Assembly: GCA_036388335.1 (NCBI GenBank)
Contig: DASVSA010000606.1
Location: 1-49,375 of the forward strand
From: Longimicrobium sp.
GTDB taxonomy: Bacteria; Gemmatimonadota; Gemmatimonadetes; Longimicrobiales; Longimicrobiaceae
Length of the DNA stretch: 49,375 nucleotides
Direction: 5' to 3'
The number at the start of each line of letters is the position of its first letter. Within the stretch, counting starts at the first letter, position 1. The translations under genes were made by a program, and so were the position numbers. Shown here one piece after another: positions 36,231 to 45,807 of this stretch. Below the pieces are notes generated by a model, which made no database searches, was not told where the DNA came from, and was given only the letters and a program-made list of their open reading frames with translations.

Positions 36231-37439
36231 ATGGCTCCGCGGCTGCTCTTCGTCGTCAACAACCCCGCGTTCTTCCTGTCGCACCGGCTGCCGGTGGCGC
36301 GGGCGGCGCGGGCCGAGGGGTACGACGTCCACCTCGCCACGCCTCCCGGTCCCTCGGTGGCCGCCGTGCGCGCCGCGGACATCGAGTGGCACCCCATCCG
36401 GCTGGCGCGCGCCGGGCGCGACCCGCGCTCGGAGCTTTCCAGCATGGCGGACCTCTTCCGCCTCTACCGCCGCCTGGCGCCGCGCATCGTCCACCACGTC
36501 ACTCCCAAGCCGGTGCTGTACGGCACGCCCATGGCGCGCCTGGCCGGCGTTCACGCGGTGGTCAACGCCATCTCGGGGATGGGGCACGTGTTCGCGGATC
36601 GCGACGGGCGCGGGCGGCGGGTGCTGCGCCGGGCCGTGGGCGCCGGGTACCGCGCGGCGCTTCAGCACCCCAACATGCGCGTCATCTTCCAGAACCGCGA
36701 CGCGCGCAGCGACTTCCTGGCCCGCGGCTGGGTGCGCGCTTCGGAGGTGGTGATGATCCGCGGCTCCGGCGTGGACGTCGACGAGTTCGCGCCCCCCCGC
36801 GCTCCGGCGCCGGGGCCGCCCGTGGTGCTGCTTCCGGCGCGGATGCTGCGCACCAAGGGCGTGGGCGAGTTCGTGGAGGCCGCGCGCGCGCTGCGGGCCG
36901 AGGGCGTGGCCGCGCGCTTCGTGCTGGTGGGCGACCCCGACCCCGGCAACCCGGCCAACATCCCGGAGCTCCAGCTGCGCGCATGGGAGGCGGAGGGCGT
37001 GGTGGAGTACTGGGGCCACCGCGGCGACATGCCGGCGGTGTTCGCCGGCGCGCACGTGGCCTGCCTCCCCTCGTACCTGGAGGGGCTGCCCAAGGCGCTG
37101 ATCGAGGCCGCCTCCTGCGGGCTCCCCATCGTCACCACCGACGTCCCCGGCTGCCGCGAGGTGGTGGACCACGGGCGCAACGGGCTGCTGGTGCCCTGCG
37201 CAGACTCCGCCGCGCTCGCCGAGGCGCTGCGCAGGCTCATCGCGGACGAGCGGCTGCGCCTGCGCATGGGGGCCGCCAGCCGCGCGCGCGCGGTGGAGGA
37301 GTTCTCCGTGTGCCAGGTGGTGGAGGCGCACCTGCGCATCTACGACGAGATGCTCGGCGGCACGGTGCCCGAGGCTCCCGCCCGGCTCTCGTACGCGGTC
37401 TCCGCGGCAGTGGAGCGGAGGGCCCCGGCAGGGCAGTAG
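36231..37439 (+). CDS. Glycosyltransferase family 4
   Basis: FFLSHRL, T.KPVLYG, SGMG..F, IFQN.D, GSGVD, RML..KGV.EF, PSY.EGLPK.L.EA..CG.PIVTTDVPGCRE. Confidence 0.92.
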   Translation: MAPRLLFVVNNPAFFLSHRLPVARAARAEGYDVHLATPPGPSVAAVRAADIEWHPIRLARAGRDPRSELSSMADLFRLYRRLAPRIVHHVTPKPVLYGTPMARLAGVHAVVNAISGMGHVFADRDGRGRRVLRRAVGAGYRAALQHPNMRVIFQNRDARSDFLARGWVRASEVVMIRGSGVDVDEFAPPRAPAPGPPVVLLPARMLRTKGVGEFVEAARALRAEGVAARFVLVGDPDPGNPANIPELQLRAWEAEGVVEYWGHRGDMPAVFAGAHVACLPSYLEGLPKALIEAASCGLPIVTTDVPGCREVVDHGRNGLLVPCADSAALAEALRRLIADERLRLRMGAASRARAVEEFSVCQVVEAHLRIYDEMLGGTVPEAPARLSYAVSAAVERRAPAGQ

Positions 37440-37468
37440 TGGGTCAGTTGGACTGGTGCGGTTGGAAT

Positions 37469-37502
37469 GAGGACGGCTCCCCGTGGGGAGCCGTCCTCTT
37501 TT
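37469..37502 (+). terminator. Rho-independent terminator
   Basis: 13-bp perfect stem GAGGACGGCTCCC / GGGAGCCGTCCTC, loop CGTG, then TTTT, about 30 nt after the last GT stop. Confidence 0.8.
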
Positions 37503-37504
37503 CT

Positions 37505-37890
37505 GGTTCATCGCGGATTCGGTTGCGGTTCGCCTGGGAAGGCTGAGGATGAAGCGGTGGTCATCGCCGAAGCCGTACGCCTGCCGCTTGATCACCTGGT
37601 CGTGTTGCGGATGCCATGCAGACGGTGTGGATCGGGTAGGTGGTTACGATGCCTTTCTCGACTCGTCGGAGGCCGCGGACAAACTTCGTCAGCGACCTTC
37701 TCCCGCTCTGCCAAGGTGCACCAGTGGCCGAGCGCTCTCGTGGCTCAAACCGGATCGCTGCAGGCCCAGATTTGCCTGAGCTGGTCGTTGAGGACATTGA
37801 GCATGTTGAGCGCCTCGTTCGCGGCCAGATGCTCCGGGTGTGCCGCCGAGCGCGGGCCGGATGCCCTTCGCCATCGGCTCGAGCCCGAAA
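37505..37890 (-). pseudogene. Degenerate ISL3-family transposase C-terminal remnant with element end
   Basis: Frameshifted minus-strand blocks LAANEALNMLNVLNDQLRQIW, LTKFVRGLRR...GIV..YPIHT, VIKRQAYGFGDD..F and AFPG...NPR-stop, ending ...GATGAACC. This is the conserved ISL3 C-terminal order. Confidence 0.75.
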
Positions 37891-38034
37891 AGCGGCAACG
37901 CACTGAGCAACCGGCAGAGAGGGCCGTCACGATGCGGCCGTTCGGCAGGGACGTCGCGGTAGAGGCATCTGACCGGGGACGGATACCCACGCTCTGCCGA
38001 GATCGTGAGACGCATCGTTCTTCCCGGCCACCCC

Positions 38035-38065
38035 TTGCATGCCGCGAAGGTTTGCGTTAAATACT
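38035..38065 (+). promoter_or_regulatory. Putative promoter of the ArsR-SRPBCC operon
   Basis: TTGCAT (38035-38040) and an AT-rich -10 region TTAAATACT (38057-38065) just before ATG 38073; no Shine-Dalgarno. Confidence 0.45.
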
Positions 38066-38084
38066 GAACCATATGGTTCAGTAT
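38061..38084. promoter_or_regulatory. Perfect 24-bp palindrome, probable ArsR autoregulatory operator
   Basis: ATACTGAACCATATGGTTCAGTAT is its own reverse complement and overlaps the start codon at 38073. Confidence 0.8.
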
Positions 38085-38420
38085 ACGACGCCCCGACTCG
38101 ATACTTCGTTCGCCGCGCTCTCGGACGCCACCCGGCGCGGCGTTCTGGAGCAGCTCGGCCGAGCCGACGCTTCGATCACGGACCTTGCCGGGAAGTTCCA
38201 CATGACGCTCACGGGCATGAAGAAGCACGTGGGCGTTCTGGAGCAGGCGGGGCTCGTCACCACGAAGAAGATCGGGCGCGTGCGGATGTGCCAGCTGGGC
38301 CCGCGCCGTTTGGAGGAAGAGACGGCGTGGCTCGCGGGGTACCGCCAGCGGTGGGACGAACGCTTCGACGAGCTGGACAGGGTTGTCGAGGAACTGACAC
38401 GAAAGGGAGAAGAGCGATGA
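38073..38420 (+). CDS. ArsR/SmtB family HTH transcriptional regulator
   Basis: LD..FAALSDATRR.VL..L....S..DLA..F.M...G..KH..VLE.AGLV...K.GR.R, W...FD.LD. Confidence 0.9.
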   Translation: MVQYTTPRLDTSFAALSDATRRGVLEQLGRADASITDLAGKFHMTLTGMKKHVGVLEQAGLVTTKKIGRVRMCQLGPRRLEEETAWLAGYRQRWDERFDELDRVVEELTRKGEER

Positions 38421-38935
38421 ACGCAGGAAGCGAAAGTAGGCCCGCCCCCGTGAAGAACCGCACCACGGTAGAACGGAAGTCGGACCGCGAGGTGGTTGTC
38501 ACGCGGACCATCAACGGCCCGGCGCACATCGTGTTCGAGGCATTTACCAGGGCCGAGCTGCTCAGGCGTTGGTGGGTGCCCAGGTCGATGGGAATGACCC
38601 TGCTGTCCTGCGAAGTGGATGCTCGCGTCGGAGGCAAGTACCGATTGGTATTCGACCACGGTGGCCCCGAGCCTGCCGCGTTCTTCGGCACGTATGTCGA
38701 AGTGAAGCCGTATTCGCGCCTCGCGTGGACCAATGAAGAAGGCGGCGAGGGCGGGCCTGTCACCACGGTGACCTTCGAGGAATCGGGCGGCAAGACGCTG
38801 GTGGTCCTGCACGAGAGCTATCCTTCGAAGGAAGCGCTCGACGCTGCCGGCGCCGGAGCAGCCGATGCGATGGTCGAGACGTTCGATCAGCTGGACGAGC
38901 TTCTCGGCGACGTGGGCGAGAGCTCGGGACAGTAA
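38417..38935 (+). CDS. SRPBCC / AHSA1-like ligand-binding protein
   Basis: REVVVTR..NGP...VF.AFT..ELL.RWW.P, CEVD.RVGG.YR, TVTFEE.GGKT, F.QLDELL. ATGA overlap with the arsR gene. Confidence 0.9.
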   Translation: MNAGSESRPAPVKNRTTVERKSDREVVVTRTINGPAHIVFEAFTRAELLRRWWVPRSMGMTLLSCEVDARVGGKYRLVFDHGGPEPAAFFGTYVEVKPYSRLAWTNEEGGEGGPVTTVTFEESGGKTLVVLHESYPSKEALDAAGAGAADAMVETFDQLDELLGDVGESSGQ

Positions 38936-39631
38936 CTGAGACGTGGATCCCGCGGTCGGTCGTCCGATACTCCCGGTTCACACTGGCCGCGATCATCGGG
39001 CAGACTCCCGAACATCCGATCGACGGGTCTCACGCTCACGGCGCAGCGTTCCGCGCCGGCCGCGTCCTGAAGCATGTGAGCCCGTTCCGCTCGAACTGGC
39101 CCGCTACCCGCAGCTCGGTAGCGGGTCAGGTTTTTGAATACAAAAGGGTGCTCAGGTTGTTTGGCGAAGCGCAGCCGCTCGGAGTCTCGACGACGGCGGT
39201 ATCGGCGAACGACTGCCCCGGTCGCTCTCCAGGACACCGCGCGCCCCGATGCTTACGCTCATTCCCGGCCGGAGCTGAGTCGCGCGCGACGAAGCGCCCG
39301 AGCGGAATGCCAGATGGGTGGTCGGCCCGATCCCGAACCAGATCTGGCCCGTGTTTCCTCCCGGCGGAGCTACCTGCACGAGCACGCGACAGGGCGAAGC
39401 GGCCCGGTGCGCGTCCCGAAGTGGCCGTCACCGGGGACCCAGCCGGCCGCACCGGTGCAGTCGCCGGCTTCAGGGCAGCGTGAGCACCCCGGTGAGCCGT
39501 TCCGTTCAAACCGACCGCTGCCCGCAGCGCCGAGGAGTTGCCCGTAGGGGTTGTCCCGCTTAAGTTTAACGATTCCCTTGCGGGCGATCACGCCTTTCGC
39601 CGACGAAGCTTTTGATGAAGCCGACCCCCCG

Positions 39632-40750
39632 ATGACGCAGGCTCGCAGTGCCCCGGCCACCCAGGCCACACCCTCCGTAGATGGAGCCGGGACGCGCACC
39701 GGGGGCGCGGGGAGCGAGCCCCTCGTAAGCATCATCGTCAACAACTACAACTACGAGCGGTTCCTGGGCCACGCCATCGACAGCGCGCTGGCCCAGACGT
39801 ACCCGCGCGTGGAAGTGCTGGTGGTGGACGACGGGTCCACCGACGGGTCGCACGCGGTGATCGCGGGGTACGGCGAGCGCGTGAAGGCGGTGCTCAAGGA
39901 GAACGGCGGGCAGGCGTCGGCGTTCAACGCCGGCTTCGCCGCGTCGCGCGGGCAGATCGTGATGTTCCTGGACGCGGACGACGTCCTCAGGGCGGACGCG
40001 GTGGCGCGCGTGGTGTCCGCGTGGGCCCCGGGCACCGCCAAGGTGCAGTTCCGGCTGCAGTTCATCGATGCGGCGGGCGCCGAGATCGACGGAGCCCACC
40101 CGCACCCGGCGCTCCCCATGGCCAGCGGCGACCTGACGAAGGAGATCCTCTCCCTCGGCGAGTACGTCGCGTCGCCCACCAGCGGCAACGCGTTCGGCCG
40201 CGAGGTGCTCGGCGCCATCCTCCCCATGGAGGCGGACCGGTGGCGCCTGAGCGCCGACGCGTACCTGGGCAACCTGGCGCCCTTCTTTGGCGACGTGGTG
40301 TCCATCGACGAGCGGCTGGGATACTATCGCGTCCACGGCAGCAACAACTGGACTCACCACGAGCCCGACCCGGCCCGCATGAGGTTCATCGTCCAGACCG
40401 ACCTCCAGAAGGAGGCGCTGGTGCTGGACGCCGCCCGGCGCCGCAACCTGCCCGCGGCTGCCGACCTGGCCCTCAACTCGCCGTGGCACGTGTACGCGCG
40501 GATCACGCTGGCCCTTACCGATCCGCAGAACAGCGAAGAGACGCGCCCCATCCCGGACCTGGCGTGGAAGGGGCTGCGCGCCACGTGGCGCTATCCCCGC
40601 GCGACGCTGCGGCTGAAGTCGCTGATGACGGTGTGGCTGGTGACCACCGCGGTGGTGCCGCGCGGGTGGGCGGCGCGGCTGGCGGTGTGGCGGGTATACC
40701 CCGCCAGGCGTCCCGCCGTGCTGCGCAAGATCGCCCAACTCGTACACTGA
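39632..40750 (+). CDS. Glycosyltransferase family 2
   Basis: PLVSIIVNNYNYERFL..AIDSALAQ, VVDDGSTDGS, NGGQASAFNAGF, FLDADD, PTSG, YRVHG.N. Start uncertain. Confidence 0.9.
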   Translation: MTQARSAPATQATPSVDGAGTRTGGAGSEPLVSIIVNNYNYERFLGHAIDSALAQTYPRVEVLVVDDGSTDGSHAVIAGYGERVKAVLKENGGQASAFNAGFAASRGQIVMFLDADDVLRADAVARVVSAWAPGTAKVQFRLQFIDAAGAEIDGAHPHPALPMASGDLTKEILSLGEYVASPTSGNAFGREVLGAILPMEADRWRLSADAYLGNLAPFFGDVVSIDERLGYYRVHGSNNWTHHEPDPARMRFIVQTDLQKEALVLDAARRRNLPAAADLALNSPWHVYARITLALTDPQNSEETRPIPDLAWKGLRATWRYPRATLRLKSLMTVWLVTTAVVPRGWAARLAVWRVYPARRPAVLRKIAQLVH

Positions 40751-40766
40751 CGGGTCCGTACTACCG

Positions 40767-41522
40767 ATGAGCCAGATGAACGCCGACAGCGGCGCCGGGA
40801 ACGACCTGGAGCAGGCATACAACGTCTACACGGAAGCGGGCCTCGGCGCGTTCTCCACCGCCGACACCGACGCCGGCGCCGCCCTGCAGTACGAGGTGAA
40901 CTACGGGCACCTCCTCCCCGCGGCGCGCGACACCCGGTTCCTGGACGTAGGGTGCGGCGCGGGGAGCTACCTGCTCTGGCTCAGGTCGCGGGGCTTCGAG
41001 CGGCTGCACGGCGTGGACCTGAGCGAGGTGGCGGTGAGCCACTGCCACGCGGCCGGGCTGCGCGATGTGGAGCAGGTCCGCGACCTCACGGGCTACCTGG
41101 CGGCGCATCCCGGCGAGTTCGACGTCATCAGCCTCAACGACGTCATCGAGCACTTCACGCAGGACGAGATGCTGCCCACCCTGAACGCCCTGCGGCAGGC
41201 GCTGAAGCCCGGCGGGATGGTGCTGGTGAAGACGCTCAACATGGGCAACATCGGCGGCCTTTACATGCGCTACAACGACTTCACCCACCGCCTGGGGTTC
41301 ACGGAGACGAGCATGCGCCAGGTGCTCGTGGCCGCCGGGTTCACGGGCATCGAGGTCGTGGAGTACCGGGTGCCCACCCGCAGCATCCGCGGCAAGATCT
41401 GGGGCGTGGTCGGCGGCGCCTGGCGCGACCTTTTCGGCGCGCTGCTGCTGCTGGACGTGGGCGTGGACCGGCCGCGCGTGCGCTCCAAGACGCTCCTGGC
41501 CGTGGCGCGGACCCGCGCGTAG
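40767..41522 (+). CDS. Class I SAM-dependent methyltransferase
   Basis: FLDVGCGAG, GVDLS, FDVI...DVIEH, LKPGG, Y.DFTH...FTE.S. Confidence 0.85.
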   Translation: MSQMNADSGAGNDLEQAYNVYTEAGLGAFSTADTDAGAALQYEVNYGHLLPAARDTRFLDVGCGAGSYLLWLRSRGFERLHGVDLSEVAVSHCHAAGLRDVEQVRDLTGYLAAHPGEFDVISLNDVIEHFTQDEMLPTLNALRQALKPGGMVLVKTLNMGNIGGLYMRYNDFTHRLGFTETSMRQVLVAAGFTGIEVVEYRVPTRSIRGKIWGVVGGAWRDLFGALLLLDVGVDRPRVRSKTLLAVARTRA

Positions 41523-42165
41523 GGCAGGCGAGCCTGTGGACCCGTCCGTCGAGGAGCGCTCCTTCCTGCCGGATGACGCTGTCGGCGGCGCAAGCTGGAA
41601 GCGTGCTTCGCCGGGCGGGACGCCGCCGCGCCGAATGGCCTGGCGATGGACATCCCGCGCCAGGCCTGGCGAATCGTCATCCGCAGGGCGCGCGACGGCA
41701 TCATCCCCGTGATCCCTCTGCGCCCGGATCACGCGCGCCGGCGAATCACCGCTCCCTCACGAGGCCTCCGTGCCCGGGGGGAGCGGTGCGCACACCGTCC
41801 GACTTCGCTCCCCTCGCGCGTTCATACAGCGAAATCCAGGGCTGCTGCCGTAGCAGCGGGTGATCGCGGCGCGCTGGGGGAGGACGGCCGGTGAGCCGCG
41901 CGGCGGCGCTTCCCGTTCGCCAGGGGATCGCCGGCGCGCCATCGCGGCGCCCGCGGAACGTGCTGCCGAGCTCCAGCCGCGGTTCGGCCGTGTGGAGACG
42001 GATCGACCGGCTCACGCACTTTTCACGGCCCGCCCGTGTACGGCGCGGGCGGCCGCAGCTACCCGTACCCGGCCGATCCCGGCCCGCGTAAATGGCTCCC
42101 GGAGCGGGGCCCGCCCGCACCGGGCGTGTGACCCGCCCGCGGAGGAATTCGTCCATCGGAACGAA

Positions 42166-43524
42166 ATGCGGCAGCAGAGCCCGAATACAGCGGCCGAAGG
42201 CACCGGCAAGTACATGAGGGACGAACACGCTCAGATCGGAGCGCCCCACTGGCTCGTGGCCCTGGCTCTCGCCATCGCCGCGGGCGCCACCGTGCCGGTG
42301 TTCGTGGGGCTCGTGGAGTACCTGGGCGAGTACATCCCGCGGCCGGACGTGCAGGCCGACTACCTGATCGGCGTGGTGTGGGCGCTCGTGCTGTGGGCGT
42401 CGATCCTGGTGTGGCCGGTCCCGCGGGCGCACCGCAAGGCGCTGATGGTGCTGTGGGGAGCCAAGGTGTTCGTGACGCTGGGCTTCATGCTCCTCTACGA
42501 GCACTTCTACCCGGTGCTCGACTTCCAGACGTACCTGGAGATGGGCTCCGCCCCCGAGCTGGACTGGGCCGGGGTCGGCCTGGGGCAGGGAACCCAGAAC
42601 ATGATCGCGCTCTCCTGGGTGCACGCGCACTTCCTTACCCCGTCGTACCACGCGATGAAGGTGAGCTTCGCGTTCATCGGGCTGCTGGGTGTCTACTTCT
42701 TCTACCGCGGAATCGTACTGGCGCTGGGCAGGGACGAGCTGAGGATGCTCCTCATCCTGGGGCTCTTCCCGTCCATCCTCTTCTGGTCGTCGATCCTGGG
42801 CAAGGACCCCGTCGTCCTCCTGGGCATCGGCGTGTACGCGTACGGGGTGATGGGGTGGAGCCGCCGCATGCGCTGGCCCTACCTGCTGGCGGTGGCGGTG
42901 GGGATCTGGCTGGCGACCATGATCCGGGTGTGGGCCGCGCCCATCCTTCTCGCCCCGCTGATCCTCGCCATCCCCGGGCAGATCCGGGGGGTGGGGCGGA
43001 AGACGGCCTTCGTGCTGGTGAGCTCGCTGGTGCTGGCCGCCTCGGTGGCGCGCTTCGCCGAATCGTTCGGGATGGAGACGATGCAGGACCTCTACTCCAC
43101 CACCAACGCGCAGTCGCGGGCGTGGGCGGGGGGCGGCTCCGGGCAGACGATCAACGCGCAGTTCACCGGCCCGGTGAGCATGCTGAAGTTCATGCCGATC
43201 GGCGCCTTCACGGCGCTCTTCCGGCCGCTTCCCGGCGAGGTGATGAACCCGTTCGGGCTGCTGGCAGGGCTGGAGAGCGCGCTGCTGCTGGGGCTGGTGG
43301 TGCTCGCGCTCAAGCGGGTGCGCTGGGCCACCCTGCGGCAGCCGCTGGTGGTGTGGGCGGTGTCGCTGGTGGTGGTGTGGGCGTCCATCTACGGGTTCGT
43401 ATCGTCGCAAAACCTGGGGAGCGCGGTGAGGTTCAAGCTGCAGATCCTGCCGATGCTGCTGATCCTGCTCCTCTACCTTTCGCGCAAGCAGCCGCCGGCC
43501 CTGGCGTCGGGGCGTACGGCGTAG
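42166..43524 (+). CDS. Multi-pass membrane protein, putative Wzy-like polymerase
   Basis: About 10 hydrophobic segments, D...Y loop, FPS.LFWSS..GKD, LFRPLP.E, and NLG.AVRFK. Start is ATG 42166 or 42214. Confidence 0.65.
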   Translation: MRQQSPNTAAEGTGKYMRDEHAQIGAPHWLVALALAIAAGATVPVFVGLVEYLGEYIPRPDVQADYLIGVVWALVLWASILVWPVPRAHRKALMVLWGAKVFVTLGFMLLYEHFYPVLDFQTYLEMGSAPELDWAGVGLGQGTQNMIALSWVHAHFLTPSYHAMKVSFAFIGLLGVYFFYRGIVLALGRDELRMLLILGLFPSILFWSSILGKDPVVLLGIGVYAYGVMGWSRRMRWPYLLAVAVGIWLATMIRVWAAPILLAPLILAIPGQIRGVGRKTAFVLVSSLVLAASVARFAESFGMETMQDLYSTTNAQSRAWAGGGSGQTINAQFTGPVSMLKFMPIGAFTALFRPLPGEVMNPFGLLAGLESALLLGLVVLALKRVRWATLRQPLVVWAVSLVVVWASIYGFVSSQNLGSAVRFKLQILPMLLILLLYLSRKQPPALASGRTA

Positions 43525-43556
43525 CTTTTCCCATGCGCACGGAGTAAAGTGGACGA

Positions 43557-43586
43557 TTGCCAGGGGATTGGCCTTCCGGTATATAT
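43557..43586 (+). promoter_or_regulatory. Putative sigma70 promoter upstream of wecA
   Basis: TTGCCA (43557-43562), 17 nt spacer, TATATAT (43580-43586). Confidence 0.45.
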
Positions 43587-43733
43587 GACGCGCCCAACGC
43601 CCCGGGTGCGGGAGTTGCTGGGGATGGGCCGCCGCCGCGCCGTCCGCGGGCGGGCGGCCGCGGCCTTCGAACACGGATTCCGGGCTTCACTGGCCGGGAG
43701 TTGCCATCTGGCTGCTTTCTCGGATGTAAACGC

Positions 43734-45305
43734 ATGCTGATCTTCGTCTGCATCACGGCTGCGCTGGTGAGCCTCGTCACGACGCGTTTCGTCATACACG
43801 CGGCGGACCATTACGGGATCTACGACCATCCGGGCGAACGCAGGATCCACACGCGGCCCATCCCCCGCCTGGGCGGGCTGGCCGTGGTGCCGGCGGTGGT
43901 GCTGGGCCTGTGCGGCGTGGCGCTGCTCCGCGCCCCGCAGTGGGGGGCCACCATGGAGCGGCCGGGCTTCTTCGCCGCTCTCATCTTCGGCGCGGGGCTT
44001 CTCTTCGCGGTGGGGCTGTGGGACGACCTGCGCGGCCTTTCGCCGCTGGTGAAGCTGGGGTTCCAGTGCGTGGCGGCGGCGGTGGCGTTCTTTCTGGGCG
44101 TGCGGGTGGAGGTGCTCAGCCTGGGGCCGCTCGCCGAGGTGCCGCTGGGGGTGTTCTCCCTCCCGGTCACCATCCTGTGGATGGTGGGGATCACCAACGC
44201 GTTCAACCTGATCGACGGGATGGACGGGCTGGCGACGGGGATCGCGGTGGTGGCGCTGGCCACCACGCTGGCCGTGTCGCTGGTGCTGGGGAACATGGAG
44301 GTGGCGGTGGTGGTGGTGGCGCTGCTGGGCGCGCTGCTCGGCTTCCTGCGCTACAACTTCAGCCCCGCGCGCATCTTTTTGGGCGACTCGGGGAGCCTGT
44401 TCATCGGCTTCATGCTGGCGGTTCTCTCCGTGTACGGGGCCATGAAGAGCACCACGGCCGTGCTCGCCGCGGTGCCCGTGTTCGCGCTGGGGCTGCCGCT
44501 GCTGGACACGGGGCTGGCCGTGGGCCGGCGCTGGCTGCGCGGCGTTCCGCTCTCCAGCGCGGACGGGCGCCACATCCACCACCGCCTGCTGCACCTGGGG
44601 CTCACCCACCGCACGGCCGCGGTGGTGCTGTACATGGCGGCGCTGGCGCTGGCCATGCTGGGCGTGCTGCTGGCCTTCGCGCCGCCCATCGCGGTGGGGT
44701 GGATCGCCTTCACCGGCGGCGTGGTGTCGCTGCTGCTGCTGGTGTACGGGCTCTACAGGCTGGAGTACCACGAGTTCGCCGAGGCGGGCGCGGCGCTGGC
44801 GTCGGGGGTGCGGCGGCTGCGCCGCGTGATCCGCGACCAGATCCTGGCGCGCGACCTGGCCGACGCGCTGGTGACGGCCAAGGACCTGGACGAGTTCGGC
44901 GGGATCCTGGACGCGCACGCGGACCAGCTCGGCTTCCTGGGGATCGAGGTGTGCAGGGAGCTCGCCCCCGGCCGCTACCGGCAGACGTTTCTGGACGGGC
45001 GCGGCGCGCGGGCCTGGAAGCTGGAGTACCCGGTGGCCACCCGCACCTCGAGCGAGGACGAGCCCTACATCCTGCGCATCTGGTGCGGCCTGGGCGAGAG
45101 CACCTTCCGGCCCTACGGCGCCGAGCGGGTGGCGAGCATCCTGGCTCCCACCATTGAGGCCTGGCTTCGTGCCCGGCACCTCGTGGTGGAGCCGGGCGAC
45201 CCGGACCCCTTCGTCCGCACTGCCCCGGAGGCCCCCGTCCGCCTGCCCAAGAACGCGGACGGCTTCCCGCGCCCGAAGCGCCCCCGGCAGCGCCCGCTCG
45301 TCTAA
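43734..45305 (+). CDS. wecA: Undecaprenyl-phosphate GlcNAc-1-phosphate transferase (WecA/TagO, MraY family) with C-terminal extension
   Basis: D.P..R.IH..PIPRLGGLA, GLWDD, TNAFNLIDGMDGLA, FLRYNF.PARIFLGDSGS, DT, AD..HIHHRL. Confidence 0.9.
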   Translation: MLIFVCITAALVSLVTTRFVIHAADHYGIYDHPGERRIHTRPIPRLGGLAVVPAVVLGLCGVALLRAPQWGATMERPGFFAALIFGAGLLFAVGLWDDLRGLSPLVKLGFQCVAAAVAFFLGVRVEVLSLGPLAEVPLGVFSLPVTILWMVGITNAFNLIDGMDGLATGIAVVALATTLAVSLVLGNMEVAVVVVALLGALLGFLRYNFSPARIFLGDSGSLFIGFMLAVLSVYGAMKSTTAVLAAVPVFALGLPLLDTGLAVGRRWLRGVPLSSADGRHIHHRLLHLGLTHRTAAVVLYMAALALAMLGVLLAFAPPIAVGWIAFTGGVVSLLLLVYGLYRLEYHEFAEAGAALASGVRRLRRVIRDQILARDLADALVTAKDLDEFGGILDAHADQLGFLGIEVCRELAPGRYRQTFLDGRGARAWKLEYPVATRTSSEDEPYILRIWCGLGESTFRPYGAERVASILAPTIEAWLRARHLVVEPGDPDPFVRTAPEAPVRLPKNADGFPRPKRPRQRPLV

Positions 45306-45656
45306 CCCCCGGCGGCTCCCGTCGGGGCGACCCCTTTCGTGGGCCTGGAGGAGCCGCCGCGCCCCCGCTTGCCGCGCATCAGGCTTTGCGGGGCCCGTGA
45401 CGGACGGGCCCGTGACCCGGCCATTGCGGGCGGCTGAAACCGCTGCGGCAACCACACGACGGCCCCCCGCGGGGGCTATGGGCACCGGCTGGAGCGGGGA
45501 GGAGCGCTCGCGCAGGGGAAGCCGTGGGCGTGGTCGCGGCGGAGCTGGCTGCTCGGGGGCCCGGCGTGTTGAAGTGGTATCACATTGCGCCGCGGCTTGC
45601 GCCTCGGCGGATCGTCCAAGTTGTTGTCGTTGATGGTGTTCGCTCGCGTCCGTCCC

Positions 45657-45685
45657 TTGTGTGCACCTGCGGGGGCGGCTATAAT
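45657..45685 (+). promoter_or_regulatory. Putative sigma70 promoter for the OPX-Wzz pair
   Basis: TTGTGT (45657-45662), 17 nt spacer, consensus TATAAT (45680-45685). Confidence 0.65.
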
Positions 45686-45807
45686 GACGGGCTATTCCCA
45701 GGCTGGGGCTCGTGCCTGCCACCCGCCGCGCGCCACACGGCATGCGCGGCCCGGGGCCGGTTCCGTGCTCCCGCCGAAGATCCGTCCAGACCCGTAAACA
45801 ATAGCGC

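Noticed and set aside
41523-42165. Long gap with a 14-bp palindrome CGCCAGGCCTGGCG (41658-41671) and small ORFs
   Set aside because: A GC-rich palindrome of this size is plausible by chance, and the ORFs lack codon bias and motifs.
45307-45416. Hairpin after wecA and an 11-bp direct repeat GGGCCCGTGAC (45391, 45406)
   Set aside because: The hairpin has no adjacent U-tract and the repeat is short and GC-rich, so neither is enough to call.
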